Positions 24,662 through 38,291 are shown, counted from the first letter of the whole stretch. The stretch is 45,397 nucleotides of DNA, filler included, from Jimgerdemannia flammicorona (GCA_003990765.1; 2 parts of 2 records of this genome joined end to end with filler, not necessarily neighbours in it), one strand, 5' to 3'. Notes: generated by a model not told the origin, from the sequence alone. Program-made: numbers and translations.

Positions 24662-26076
24662 TGTAACGTGCCAGCTCAATGGAGGCAAATTACAAGATTG
24701 GTGGTTGATGTAGTTTGGCTTGAGCCCCCAGTTACTTTGTCAAAAAGCAACAAAATGTTCTAGGATTCCTGAGGTCCTTGGTGTTTAGCAGTATAATAGT
24801 CAAAGCTGATATCTGCGAGCAGTTTGTGTGTTGATTTCCTAATTGGGACGGTTCTCTGAGTGTAGCGGCGATTTGTATGTCTTTTCCTTCTTGGGTCAAC
24901 TGGGAATGGTACAATTTCTGTGTAGCGTGACGATCTCCTTGTGCATGATGGTCTGGCAATTTAGTGGTTCTCCTTATGCGATTTCTGTGTGACGATCTCT
25001 GTGTAGCGCGACAATCTCTGCATGACGATCCTCGTGTAGCATGACGATTTCCAAAAGTATGCGATTTCTGGCGGATAGCTCGATTTGGCTTGCTGGGAAT
25101 TGTATGGCATGGATTCTTCTATGCCGGGCTCACTGGGAATGATGAACTTGGGTGGCTCTTCTGGGAATGCGGCAGATAACTTGAAAACGGCAGATGATGC
25201 AGATTCTTCCTGAATCGGCGGGCTTCTGGGAAATAACTCGGATGGCACAGATTCTTCCTGAATCGGCGGCTTCAACTGGGAATTAACTTGGATGGCGCGG
25301 ATTTGACTTCAACTGGGAATACAGTGGATAACTCAAAAATGGTGGCTGATGCGGATTCTTCCTGAATCGGCAGGCTCTAACTGGGAAATGGGGGAAAGGG
25401 TCTCTTGGCAAAGTTGCGTTAAGGACTGGCTTCATTTGCACGACAGATCACTGTGTAGTTGTGTCAGAAACTAGCTTGAGCAAGGTGGCTTTCTCTGGGA
25501 ATACGGATAACTTGGAAATGGCGGCTTATTCCTTAAGCGGCGAATTACTCAAAAGGCGGCGAAGCTCTCCTTGAACTTAGGCAGCAAATCAGCTTTGTAT
25601 CGGAAAGTGGACTAGAGTGGAAAGGGGAAATAAGCTTACAATCTCCTAACAGTGGCTGTAGAGTTCCTCTTGAAGTGTGGTAGGCAGACTTGTCTTTTGC
25701 TTCAATTTTGGACTTTTCGGACTGAGGTTTTATTCACTCTTGCCTCTGGGGTAATTTATTCAAGTTGGTTGCTATCTGGTTACTATGTGGCTGACTATAG
25801 ATTTGCTATCTTTGGTAATGTTTGGGTGTGTCCTCTGGATACAGATGTGTCTGCAGGACATGAGTGTGTCTGCAGGACATGAGTGTGTCTGCAGGACATG
25901 AGTGTGTCTTCAGGACACAGGTAAACAATCCTGATCTGGTGTCTTGGCTAATTATAAGTGTGGCAGGCATGAGTAACTATGATACACTGGAAGTCACATC
26001 ATGCTGAGTAAGTATGCCAATTGTTCGTGTCATCTGGCTAAGTTATAATTCAGGTGGTATGTTTTGGTCTGTTACA
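24662..26076 (-). repeat. 5' LTR (1415 bp) of a relatively young gypsy element
   Basis: TGTAAC...GTTACA termini, adjacent PBS, retains many CpGs, homologous to 21257-22539 over R/U5. Confidence 0.9.
25827..25919. repeat. Five 19-bp tandem near-palindromic units in U3
   Basis: TGTGTC(C/T)NNNGGA(C/T)A units start at 25827, 25846, 25865, 25884 and 25903. Confidence 0.9.
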
Positions 26077-29000
26077 ATATGATAGATATCTCTAAAAGAA
26101 AGGATATGTCACCTATATCTATTATTCTGAATTCTTAATATAGGGCTTCTTTAACTCTATTAAGCCTATTCTTATTGGTAATGATAATTATATCATCAAC
26201 CCAATTAATAATGAATACTATATCATCATTATAGTATTAGATATATATATATACAATTATCTGCTTTGCTATATATAAATTTATTATCATGGAGATGTTT
26301 ATTAATCCTTTTATTCCATAATCATACTGTTTACTTAATGCTATATAATCTCTTACATTATTTATCTATAAGCTCACCTTATTCACATCCTTGTATTTGA
26401 TGGATATATAGTTCAGTATCTATATCACTATTCAGAAATGCTATCTTTATAACTATTTGATGGATTTTGAGGTTGTATAGTATGCCAAACTTAAGAAGCA
26501 TTCTAAGTAAAGTTATCTTGAATAATAGCAAAAATATCTCATTATAGTCTATACTATAATCCTGTGAATTATCCTTAGCAATAAAATGAGCTTTACATCA
26601 CTCTATACTTCTATCACTCTTATGCTTAATTCTATAGATCCACTTGAATCCAATCATTTCGCAATTTGGTAGAAGAGATATGAGATCTCACATATTATTC
26701 TTGATGAGTAAATCATATTCCTCATCTATTATATATTTCTATTTTTTACTATCTGAAGATTATATAGCTTTTTATATATAGGTATTTGGCTTACCAGAAG
26801 ATGTTATAATATATATGTATTTATATGCTTTAGTGTAGCTCACATAGTTCTGTCATACTATTTAGGACTCACTAGTATGTTCTAATAACTTCCTAAATTA
26901 GAATAAGTTTCTCAGCAGATGTTAGAATTCTTTTGTTTTTATTTATCCTTTTTGAAGAATTCTTTGCTAGTGGCAGTTTTGCCATCATTATCTTTATCTT
27001 TAATCTTTATTATTCTTGACTTAGATAACTCTGGCTTAGGCTCAGGTATATATAGCAGTTGAAAATAATTTCGATTGACTACTGAAGAGATTGATAATAG
27101 TTATTGATTTGATTGTACTGGCTGAGATATAGATGTAGATATATTGACCAGTATATCTATATGGGATTCTTGACTTTTTTCTTTTTTTCAGAACTATATA
27201 TTATGTGAGATGACTATATATCTTGCCAAAATATTTAACAAATATATATTTGCTAGCTATTAACTAAAATTTATACTAATTGATTTTGCTCTTATCAAGG
27301 ACATATATATTGCATCTGAATATATATAGATATAATATATCAGACTTAGATCTACTTTATAATTCTTCAGGGCTGAGATCATTATCCTTATACTTATTAT
27401 TATTACTGACTTTCTTACTTAGTAATTGAGATATATATTAATTATATATATATTACTATATTAATTACTTTGGCCCAATAAGAATATCTCAGTCTGGCTA
27501 TATTTATCATTATATGAGCCATCTCTATAACCATATAGTTAAATGACTCAGTTACATCATTTTGCTAGAGTATATAGAGAACTATTATCTAATATTATAT
27601 ACTACAATTTTTCAGGAATTGCCTAAACATATTATTGATATATTTATATCTATTATCTGATCATATAGTATATATTCTATATCCTGTTTCATTCTTGATC
27701 ATTGTCTTGAATTTCTTGAATTTTCTAAGACTTTACTTATTACTAATAGAAAATATATATATGTCTTATATATATAATTATTGATAAATATAATAAAATA
27801 CTTCTTGTCGGTATATGAAAGCATATATATCAGCCCACATATATCTGTATATATAAGGTCAAGAATCCTAGAGATATGTTTCAGTCATTTCTCAAATAGT
27901 TACTAGGATACTTTGTTTTTTATATATATATTACAGAAATCATCCTCTAGATATATATGTAACAGTAGTTCATTTACTGAACTACTTCAGATTATTCTTC
28001 CAAGACTTGTTTTACTGATATATCCTAAGTGTTGATATTATATATTGGACATATCAGCTATAGTTATTATTATATATATTATAATTTAGCATCTCATTAA
28101 TTGTATAGGGATTACTATACTTTAAAGCAGTCATTATATATCTTATTATCATGCAAATTATATATAATTGCATCTTTTGCATATATATATATTTCTTTGT
28201 TGCTATAGCATATCATATTTTCTACCAAATAAAGATTTTTACCAATTTTTAAAGTATATAGTTTATCTAGAAAAGTGCTAGCAGGTTCTATAATATTACC
28301 ATAGAGATATATTCCTATATTTCACTTTTTTTGAGCATAGATGATATTGTTGTCTCTTAGTTTGATAGATATAGAGTGTTCAAAAGGCTCATATATAGAG
28401 ACTATTTTCTGTATAGTATTATATATTACATAGCTCTAGAATCCATTAATCAGATATTGTTATCATTAGCCATATTGATAGTATATTTGCTAAATATATG
28501 ACCAGATACTACTAGTAGTACTTATATTATTGCCACTTTTTGTCAAGTAAAAAGTATTTTGCTATTGACCAGAATTTATAGATAATGAGTTGGTAGATTT
28601 GATAGGTTTGGTAGTAAGACTATTATCTATATATATTGCTTATATGAAGAATTACCACTTTCATCAGTTTTAGTGGTATTAGTATTATCTTATTTCTCTT
28701 TATCATGATTGCTCTTTCTGTATTATCAATATTAGTTTCCATATTGTTGTTTTTTATCAATCTCTTAGTCATTTTTCTAGTAATAATAGTTATGCTTTCT
28801 ATGTCAAAACTTGCTGTAGTATTTATAGTAATCATTATACTTAGTTGATTAGCTGGACTGGTTGCTATATTGAGCTTGGGTTTGGATTTATTGGCCTTAT
28901 TATCTATACTTTTGATCTTATTTAGCATTATTACTACATCTGTATGATCTATAGAATATATTTTTATCATCATCAGCAGTACTATTTCCTTAGTACATTT

Positions 29001-29243
29001 CCTCATTCATGAGGCTCATAATGATGTGAGTATAATCAGTGAGCTTGCTGCTTCCATCACTATGATATGATAGACTTCAGAGAGATTTCTTATAAGAGCT
29101 AAGATCTTGTCTTTATCACTAATATATTATACCAATGTGCTTAGAGAATTGATCTGATTTACTAGATTGTTGACATGACTAGTGTATTTGCAGATAGTCT
29201 CCTTTAGCTTCATTCATAGATTGAATAACTAGGATTTTAGGTG

Positions 29244-29314
<71 letters not shown>

Positions 29315-29943
29315 ATATTAGGTAAAATTAATTCAATATGGATATTTGCATATAATGATTTTATAGAGTCTCCCATATCTCATGAGTAGTTACTGCATAC
29401 ATTACAAGCTTCATTTGAGTGTTGAATAGATAAATATAATCTCTTATAATACTTGACAGTTATTTACTATATTGTAATTTTAAATTAGTACTTATGGCTT
29501 TATATACTCTACTAAGCTATATGTATTTGTCAAGAAGATTCATTATATGAAAAGGTCAGATCATGTAATCTTTCCCATTGAAGATCAGGATAGACCTCTT
29601 GACTATATTTATACTTACAACTAAGACTATATTTGTATTTCCTATATCTATTATAGTTGTTGTTATAGTTATATCAGTAGGACTACTTATGATTAGTATA
29701 TCTATTTCTGCACTTATATTATTAGACTGATCATCAATTGACATTTTAGCATAGTCTATTTAAAGAGGTATATTTGCTATAGCTGTTTAGTACTGCTAAT
29801 GGAGCTTATAACCTTTATAGTAAAAAGAGAGGCATTTATTGAAGTTCTCAAAGTCACATATTTCACATGGTACTAATTATATAATATAAATCTGATAGAA
29901 TGGTATAAGTCATATGTTGATATATCAAGTTGCTATCCCAATA
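26077..29943 (-). mobile_element. Heavily decayed Ty1/copia element (5' LTR, PBS, gag, integrase, RT), cut in RT by the gypsy LTR
   Basis: ~128-bp LTR at 29943-29816 and PBS GGTTATAAGCTCC (decayed GGTTATGAGCCC). gag IFNGKDYMI*PF, EIWETL, ISDKDKILALIRNL. Integrase LDLIYTDICG...KYFIIFINN...SDN...QNDVTESFN (~27870-27510). RT IGFKWIYRIK...KAHFIAK...IAFLNSDI...WVDDII (~26700-26180). Confidence 0.88.
29244..29311 (+). repeat. Orphan poly(A) insertion inside copia gag
   Basis: 68-nt A-run flanked by GATTTTAGGTGAAA (29233) and GATATTAGGTAAAA (29314). Copia gag continues on both sides. Confidence 0.7.
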
Positions 29944-31999
29944 ATTTTCTAAGATTAAGATTAATTTAATATAAAGAATGTCTTCTATACTTATTGATTT
30001 TAAGATTAAGATGACATCTCAACTAAAGTCCTTTCTCAGATTTGTTCTGAATTTCAGAATTTTCTATATTTTAGGAAGTTCAAGAAACTAAGACCAGCTT
30101 AGTTAAATTGGCATACATATTACTGTAGATAATACCTAACTAGAAAATTTTTAGATCTAGTTAGGAGTAGAATCTAATATAGTATAAGTTTACTTCAGAG
30201 TAATTTGCAGGTTATTAAATAGATTTATTTGCTATTCATAATATTGCTATTGGTTAATACTAAGAGTAGTGTGTGATGGAATATTTAGGTAGAGAAGTAT
30301 TTATCTATTTGTATTTTTATCTATATTTATATCTAAATTTCTAAGGTCTAAGAGAGGGAATATTTATACTAATTGGAGGCTATCTGGATACTCTTTGATG
30401 AGATTACTATTAATGATATTATCTCTGATAAAGTAGTTATCTAGGAATAGTAGTTCTTGAATTACATCTCTCTGTTTATTTATGAAGTAATAGATTGAGA
30501 TAAAATTATCATCCCATAGGATGGTATTATTTATCTTATATGCTAGATATGGTATCAGTGCCTGGGAAGGGGTATATCATCTTTGCTTTTATCAGATTCA
30601 CTGTCAGTATATCTTCAGTAGGTTACAGCACTTTATGTTATAGGGTTGTAGTAAGCTAGTAGTTATTTTTTATATTACTCATACTCAGAAAGGTTATTAG
30701 TTCTATCTCAAGGGTTGTCTGGAGGTACAGATTGTATTCTTCTATTTCTTCATTATAGTTGGAATAGTTAGATATAAATATAGATTGATACTCATACCAG
30801 TGATCATTATCTCAATAGGTCTTATAATAGTTATGAACTATTGTAAGGTATTAGTAAGATTAGTAGAGTGATCAGAGATGGCAGAGATTCTTAACTGAAG
30901 GTCATATCAGTTTCAGAGGGGTTGTTGTCTTCTGCTTTATCATTGTTGAACTGAATTCTATCATAAATATTCTTCATAGTATATCCAACTTAAGACATTT
31001 GTAGAATATAGTCATTGGATATAAAAAGAGCCTGTCTATAATTTGAGTATATTTAATATATTTATAGTTGAGTTTTTGTATCATATTGTCGATTTGGCTA
31101 TAGGTTATCGTAGTAATCATTTTAGCAGTAGTAACTTAGAGGTAGAAAATAAAGATATTATACTTATAGAAGAGTTCTCAGTATTTACAGATAATGAGTT
31201 TCTGATGTTGCAACATTTTAGTAATATCTGTATTATAGCAGTAATTAATCATATCTTCTAGGAGGCAGTCAATCTGATAGTAGCTTGAGATTTGTCTAAT
31301 TTGGTAAACTTTACTAAATATATTCAGGGCATTCCATCAGACTTCTACAAAGTAGAGAGGTAATAAGCTATCAATATTTATAAGAGGCAAGAGCACTGTA
31401 GCTTGGTTAACAATGATATTTCAAATGTCAATATAGATACAGTTGTAGACTTCAGTAGTCATATCTGGATATATGATTGAGAGTTGTGATTATTATTTAG
31501 ATTTATTATAGTTCTCTATTTTAATATACTGGATATTTAGTATATATAATTTCAATCTTGATTAATGAAGTTCTGTTTTCATATATCTTATATTCTATAA
31601 CTTCAAGTTAACTTAGCTTTGTAATCTGTAACTTTAGTTTGACTTAGCTTCATAATCTTATATGTGATTTCCAGATTTGTTCTGAGAGTGATATGTAAAT
31701 TCAATAGCTTAGAGGTTATACATATACTCATACTTCTTATAGAGTATATCCTTTGATAATCATCTTATATTAATCTTCTTTACTGATCTATCTCATTTTT
31801 TTTTTCTTCTTCTAAGTGGTTATCATATGGGCTTCTCTTTGCCTGCTGACATCTTTTTTTTTTTCTTATAGTCACTTGGACTTCGCCATTTATTACCATT
31901 CTATAAAATAAGTTTACAATATCACCTCACACTACCCGATCCCCATGGGGGAACCTCCCCCTGTATCATTATTAACAAAAGTCACCTTCATACCTATCA

Positions 32000-34900
32000 C
32001 TCCCACCCTACCCACACTCTGCCTACAAATCTTCTCTACCAGATGATGCTGTCACCCCCAACCAAGTCACCAGCCTGTCAGGGTATCTTCCACCAGGCTA
32101 TGCCAGTGTAGCAGCTGATCCCCTAGGCTCAATTACCTCCCTCCTTCAAAACAAACAACCAGTGACCTGCCAACCCCACCCAAATTGCCAAAGCAAAACC
32201 TAATATGAGTCACTCCTTTCCCACCCCCCCCCACCAGTCTATCCCTCAAGTCCTCCCACTGGCCTCATATGCCATGTCCCCTATACACTACTCCCAAATG
32301 ATCCCCAATAACCCTCCAAAAGTCACCAAGAATCTCACACTCTCCTAACCAATTTTCAGGCATCTGCACATATCCTCCAACCTGCCCTACATTGTAGTAC
32401 TCCTTACAGTTGAAACAACCCCCCTTGACAAGGTGGCCTGAACAGAAGTTGAGCATGACATTCCTCCTCAACATGTGCCACCAGATCCCCCAGTACTTCA
32501 GTGGCATCCACCTCTGCACCTCAGCACTCTATGCCCAAATGCCATGCCAGTCCCACTCCTCACCAATCCCCACCCCCTGCCATCTGCTAGGCCACAGATC
32601 CTGGCCTGGTCCTCATTGGCAATCTATCTCATCACCAATGTCAAACTTGGTTAAGAGCATGCCTCCCAGCAACACTCGATCCCATCTCTACATTACCAGG
32701 TCCCAAGCCTCATCTCCTTCATTTCCTTGCCAATGAATCTCAATACAGTGTGCCCCCTCTACTATACCCCACCAGAAACCTTTGTAATGCAATTGGGCAA
32801 TGTTCTGAAGCCCAACCAATGATAGGAGATCTCCTGTTGAGCCTCTTGGCAAAGACCTCAACTCCCAAACTTTCTGCAAGAGTGGAACCCATCTGCTCCC
32901 TCTCAGCTCCATTACTCTCTTCATCCACCAAGCTCTCAGACAATATAACCTCTTCAGGAAGTCAACCAGTCCAAGACCTCCTCTTTCCACTGGTAAGGAC
33001 AAGACCTTCCAACCAATCTGACTTCTCCTTCTAGCCCAGATCCACCCTTTGGCCAGCTTCAATAGTCTCTTCACCACCCAGGCTGAGAAGTCCAAATTAT
33101 AAGCCAGGTACCACAACTTCAGTAGCCAATAGACATTCAGAACTGATACATGCCCTGCCAGAGACAAGTAGCAACCTCCCCAGCTCTGCAGGGCCTCCCC
33201 CCAGACTCCTATTTGCTGTTTCCACCAGAGTCTGGGAAGTACTGATCCACCAACTGACAAATAAATGCCCAAGTACCACACTGCCTCACCAGTAGGGATG
33301 ATCTTTCCAATAATGTCTCCCCCTACCAGACCATTACCTAATACCATTGTCTCACACTTATGCCAATTGAGTTTGGCCCCCAAGTTCATCTCATACCACT
33401 CCACAGTTTTCTTTAGCTCTTCAACATCAGTAATAGATCTCAGGCCAACCACTATGTTGTCTGCAAAGGCCCCAACTTTCCACCCAATTCCAAGGATGTT
33501 GAGCCCTTCTATCTTCCTCTGAATTCTGTTCATTAGGAGTTCCAGTGAAAGAGTATACAGAATGAGGGACAGTGGGTCCCCCTGCAGAACACCCCTTCCC
33601 AGGGGAAATGATACCCCTCTATGCTTATTACAAATGAGTGCAGCCCTACTCCCTTCCAATAGGCTGACCATCACCAACCAGAACTGGTGTGGAACTCCAA
33701 TTCTGTCCAATACTTTTGCTAGCCAGACTCGCTGCACCTGGTCATAAGCCTTCTCCTGTTCCAAGAAGACCAGTCTCCCATCCAGTCTACAAGCTCATGT
33801 CTCTTCAATAATGCCATGCACCCAGGCCATGCCATTCCTAATGAGCTGGCCACCTACAAAGTCCCTCTGCTCAACACCCAAAACTTGCTGGGCCACCTTC
33901 TGTAGCCTTGTGACTACCACCTTTGTGACCAATTTTCTGTCCATATCCAGCAGCATGATCAGCTGCCAGTTCTTCCAGTCCTCTCTCCTTTCTTTGTTCT
34001 TGTAAAGCAGTGTCACCAGCCCCAGATCCTGCTCCCCCACCCATCTCCCTGTCTGCAGGATAAAGTCACACAGTGCCATCATCTCACCCAGTACTCCAGG
34101 AACTCCCACCATTTTCTTCCAGAAGTCCCAGGGCAGACCATCTTCCCCAGGTGCAGTACCCAGCATTGTCGCTGCAAGAACCTAACATATCTCTTCTTCT
34201 TGAACTGGCAGCACCAAGTCCTCCAGCCCATCCACTTGTGGGAGATACCAATCCTCCAATGCCTGATCAATGGTATCAGGGTCAGCTCCACCCTCCTCCT
34301 TACTTGACAATCCACTCCACCACTCCTTAAGTGATCTAAGAATGTCTTGTACACTATGTACTAGTATACCCTAGGAGTCAATCACCCCCTCCCATTGTTG
34401 CTGCATCCTTCTTGCCTGAAGGGCCCTTATGAGGTACTTTGAGGACCTCTCCCCTTCCTCCAAACTCTGTCAATAAAGCCATGCTGCTAAGCTCTGTACC
34501 CTGGCCTCCTCCTCTTTCTGCAACACCTGTTGCAATTCTCCAACTTCCATTTTAGCCCTCCTCAACCTCCAGTCCTCACCTTCTACCAATGTTGTAAGGC
34601 CTGCCCAATCCTCTAAGAGTCTAGACAGCCTACCAGTAGCCCATCTTATCCGTCACCTCCTCTACTTCCCCACCTCCTTGCCAACCTCACTCCAGTAGGC
34701 CTTTGCCCTCTCTTTCAACCTCATCCACCAAATATCAATGGGGGCACCTTCTTGTCTCCAGCTTGTCACCCTCAGTTGTATATCTTCAGCCCACTCATTT
34801 CACCAGATTCCATCATCTAATAAAGAGGCATTGAGGTGCTAATGTCCAGGCTCACCCCCACTCCCCCCAAAATGTCCTCATCCTAACAACCCCCAATGAT

Positions 34901-35576
34901 CTGACCATGGACACCATTCCACCTCCAGCAACTTCCAGAAATCCAAGCCCCAGCAGCTAGCTGTCAGAATCCAGTCAATTCTTGTCCCCAGACCCCCTGC
35001 CCAATGTGTGTACACTCTCCTATCTCCTCAGCATTTCCTACCTGCATCTACCAGAGCGCTAAGCCTTTCCACTTCCTCCTATACCACCAGCCCTCCACTC
35101 CTAGTCTCAGCTCCCCAGCCACTATCTGTTCTATCCAACTTCACATCCTGGACCATATTGAAATCTCTACCAAGCATATCCACTCCAGCTTCTGCAAGAA
35201 CCCCACTCTCCTGGAGACCCTGCACCTAATCCACATACTCACCCTGTACAGCAGGACAATAACAGAAACCCACCATAACTGGCTCCCAACCTGTACATAT
35301 CTATTCTCTCCAGACCAGTCTATCTCCCCAGCTCCTCACATCCCATATCTCCCCTCTGCCTTTCCAGACCAGAATTCCCACCTTGTTCTTCCAAACTGCC
35401 TCTCCTCCCCATTCCTTTATCCAATCTAGTCTATCCAAATCATCTTCACACTGGATATCCTGCAATAGGAAGAGATCAGCCTCCAATCTCTTCAGCCAAG
35501 TAAAAATATTCCTATATTGAAAAGTACTCCTCAGCCCATTCACATTCAAAGAAAAAATGTTGGTTGTACTATTCAT
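32000..35576 (-). pseudogene. LINE ORF2 remnant (APE-RT-CCHC)
   Basis: MNSTTNIFSLNVNGLR...LFLLQD, APGEDGLP, EKAYDQV, GVLQGDPLS, AFADN, YLGIYL, GGLGL, CFNC...LGEC. Confidence 0.95.
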
Positions 35577-35601
35577 AGTGAAATATAGTATGTTATCTCA
35601 T

Positions 35602-37619
35602 CTATCCATACTGCTCTATATTCCTCTCTTCCTGCACCAAGTTCAGATTATGTTCCACAGTCACTGCTTCCTCCTCAGCCCTCTGAGCCTCCAATCCAGC
35701 CAACAGCACATTCATCTCCCCATCTGCCTTCTCCTTAAACTCTTCTCAGTACTCCAGGCAGGCCTCCTGCTAGAGCTGTAATCCATGATGCTTGGTCCAG
35801 CAGTATTCAGCCCACTCACCAGCAACTCCTGCCAATTCAGCCTCCTGCTCCTCATCCACCTCATACCCTTCCTCCCCCAAGTATACAGCAAGAATTTCCA
35901 CCTTTAACGCCAACACCACTCCATCCTCCTGCAGGATTCTCGCCCAATGCTCATCACTCATAACTCTCAAGTCCACTTCCCCCAACTCATCAGCCACTAG
36001 GTTATTCATCATCCAACATATCCAAAGTAGATTCCCCACCTCCTTTCCTCCAGGAGTTGCTGGCCTCCCTCCATCCAGGATCATGGTGTCAGCTCTGGCA
36101 CTTGCAGACTCATCCCATACCTCAGGGATATCTACCAGTTCCTCCTCCCTGATTGCTACCCCTTGTCCTCCATCCACCACCTCTGGAACTCCAAATTGAA
36201 CTTGCTGGGCCCCCCACATAGGCACATCCTCCTCCATCCTGCTTCAGGAAGCCGGACCATGTCTGATAAGTGGGGTAGGGGTAGGTGAGGCTTCCCCATC
36301 CTCCTCCCAGACCTCAAACGTGCCATCAGCATAGAGGTCATTGCCCTCCACCTCCCTGTCCTCTCCAGTCTCCTTCTCAGTGCTCCCACCACTCTCGCCT
36401 ACCCAGACACTTGCTTTAGTACCTGCTGTCTCCACCATTCTGCCTGCATTCTTCTGTGGCCACCCCTCCAGCTTTGCCAGCAGTTCCTTCTGTCTCTTGT
36501 GCCCCTGAGCCCTTTCCCACTGCCTCTTGTCTACTTGGATCTGCTTCCCATCCACCACCTCCAGGTGTGTGAACTCTACAAATACCTTCCAAGCCTTCAC
36601 CCTCCACTCCACCATGCCACCCAGCTCTTCCAGCACTTCCAACAAGTCCTCTTCCTCCTCCTCACTCCCTTTCACCCTCATCACCTTGTACAAGATTGCC
36701 CCCCAGACCATTACCAAAGGCCAGTCCCTCACCTTCCTGGTAGCTTCCTTCCCTGCTAGCCAAATCCTCACATCAACATCTCCAGTCTGGAGCAAGGTCC
36801 CTTCCCATACTCTAAAGCTAATGTCCACCATGTTACTATACTCTGTCATAACCTCTTCAACTCTCCTTCTTGTCTCCACTGCTATCACTGTAGGTACCCC
36901 TTTCACAACAGTTGTACCACCCTGGGATCCTACTACAGACTGTGCATTATTGGAACACACATCTCCCCAACTGTTAATCCTATCTTCAGTGCCTCCTCCA
37001 AAGGCTCAGCCTCCTCAAATCCCACCTCCACTCCCTCCAAACCCTTTAGAAACTTTATGGATGCTGCTTCAGTCAGCTGTTTAGTGATAAGACCCAGCAC
37101 CATATTTGCCATCACTGCTAGGCCCCAGAAGCACAGAGTTACCACAAACACCAAGATCGATTTCTTGAGTAGTAGAGCCATCACACCATCTGCTAAATCT
37201 CCTGATCTCCCAAGTCCCTGCTACTCAGCCACACTATCAGCAGTCACATCTGGATTTTTTTCCAGATTGGCAGTCCCATCTCTATCAGCCATTATGCTCC
37301 CCTCAGCCACTACACTCCCAGCTCTACCACCCCCACCACCAAGAGCTACTCCCCCCTATACCACTGTCTTCCCCACCTCCTTGCCTCTCCTCAGCCATCC
37401 CTCCAGCCCAGATGCCTGCTGTCTCCCCTTCACCATCTCTGTGAAGCTCACCCTTCCAGACCCTGGTCCTCTACTACTGCCCCCTCCTCTACTACATCCT
37501 CCTGCCAGCAGCCCCCTCATACCTCCCCCCAGCCCAGGGCCTCGCCCCACCTGCTGCCAGTCAAATACACTTGGGCCACCCTGCCCAGTATACACCTCAG
37601 ATTGCTGGTCAGTCGCCAT
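35602..37619 (-). pseudogene. LINE ORF1 remnant (~670 codons)
   Basis: Starts MATDQQSEVYTGQGG 65 nt after the 5' end and is colinear with ORF1 of copy 1. No CCHC recognised. Confidence 0.8.
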
Positions 37620-37961
37620 GTTGCTAGTTACTTTCTCTAATAAACAATGTTGTAAGTGCTTTTCAAAGATTGTGTAACCTGAATAGTATTGCTTACTGAT
37701 ATCTTCCCCTATCTCAGAAAGTACTCTTTTATTAATATTGATTGAGATTTATATCTTTTGTTCTCAGTAGACAATCTACATATTCTGAGAATTTATATTA
37801 ATTATTGTCTTGGTAATATGAAGCTACTAGTTACTAATAAGAATATTATAGTTAGTAGTATTTGTAATGATCACATTCACTGGAATAGTTACTCTTTCAA
37901 ACTTGATAAAGAAATCTTAAATCTTTCTTAGAGGAATAACTCTTGTACTATCTACAATGTC

Positions 37962-38291
37962 TAGTATTTCCAAATAAATTAAATTAATTTAAATTAAATT
38001 GGAAGTCAAATTTGAACTCTATTTTTAGAAATATAATAACATAATGAAAACATGTCCAAAATTAACCATTTTTAGCATATTAGATTTGCCTTATATATAG
38101 GAGAATTTAATAAGCTAAAAATAGTTAAATTTGGATATATATTTATTAAGATATTATATTTTGAAAAATAGGATTCAAATCAAATTTTGAATTAAATTAG
38201 CATTTGATTTAAATTAAATTAAATTAAATTAGACCTTTGATTTATCAAATTTGGGTAAAATTTAATTTGATTTGATTTGTTAGGAGTACTA
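37962..38291. mobile_element. AT-rich fold-back MITE, possibly hAT-type, inserted in the gypsy protease
   Basis: TIRs TAGTATTTCCAAATAAATTAAATT / AATTTGATTTGATTTGTTAGGAGTACTA. Internal ~80-bp-arm hairpin centred on CCTTATATATAGG (~38095). The protease frame resumes with an apparent 8-nt excess. Confidence 0.8.

Larger units (their letters stand above)
31854..37684 (-). mobile_element. Full-length decayed LINE (copy 2) with ~15-bp TSD
   Basis: Poly(T) at 31854-31864, 5' end ATTCAGGTTACACAA. TSD TTGCCTGCTGACATC (31839-31853) versus TTGCTTACTGATATC (37689-37703), differing by three transitions. Confidence 0.95.

Noticed and set aside
24961..25275. ORF with repeated PPIQEES inside the LTR
   Set aside because: Arises from the nucleotide repeat modules; the frame is not preserved in the sister LTR beyond the repeat.
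25827..25919. Palindromic direct repeats resembling a CRISPR array
   Set aside because: Units are contiguous 19-mers without unique spacers, lie inside an LTR, and no cas genes are present.
21257..26076. A single intact LTR retrotransposon
   Set aside because: LTR U3 regions differ, there is no matching TSD, and an artificial linker lies in between.
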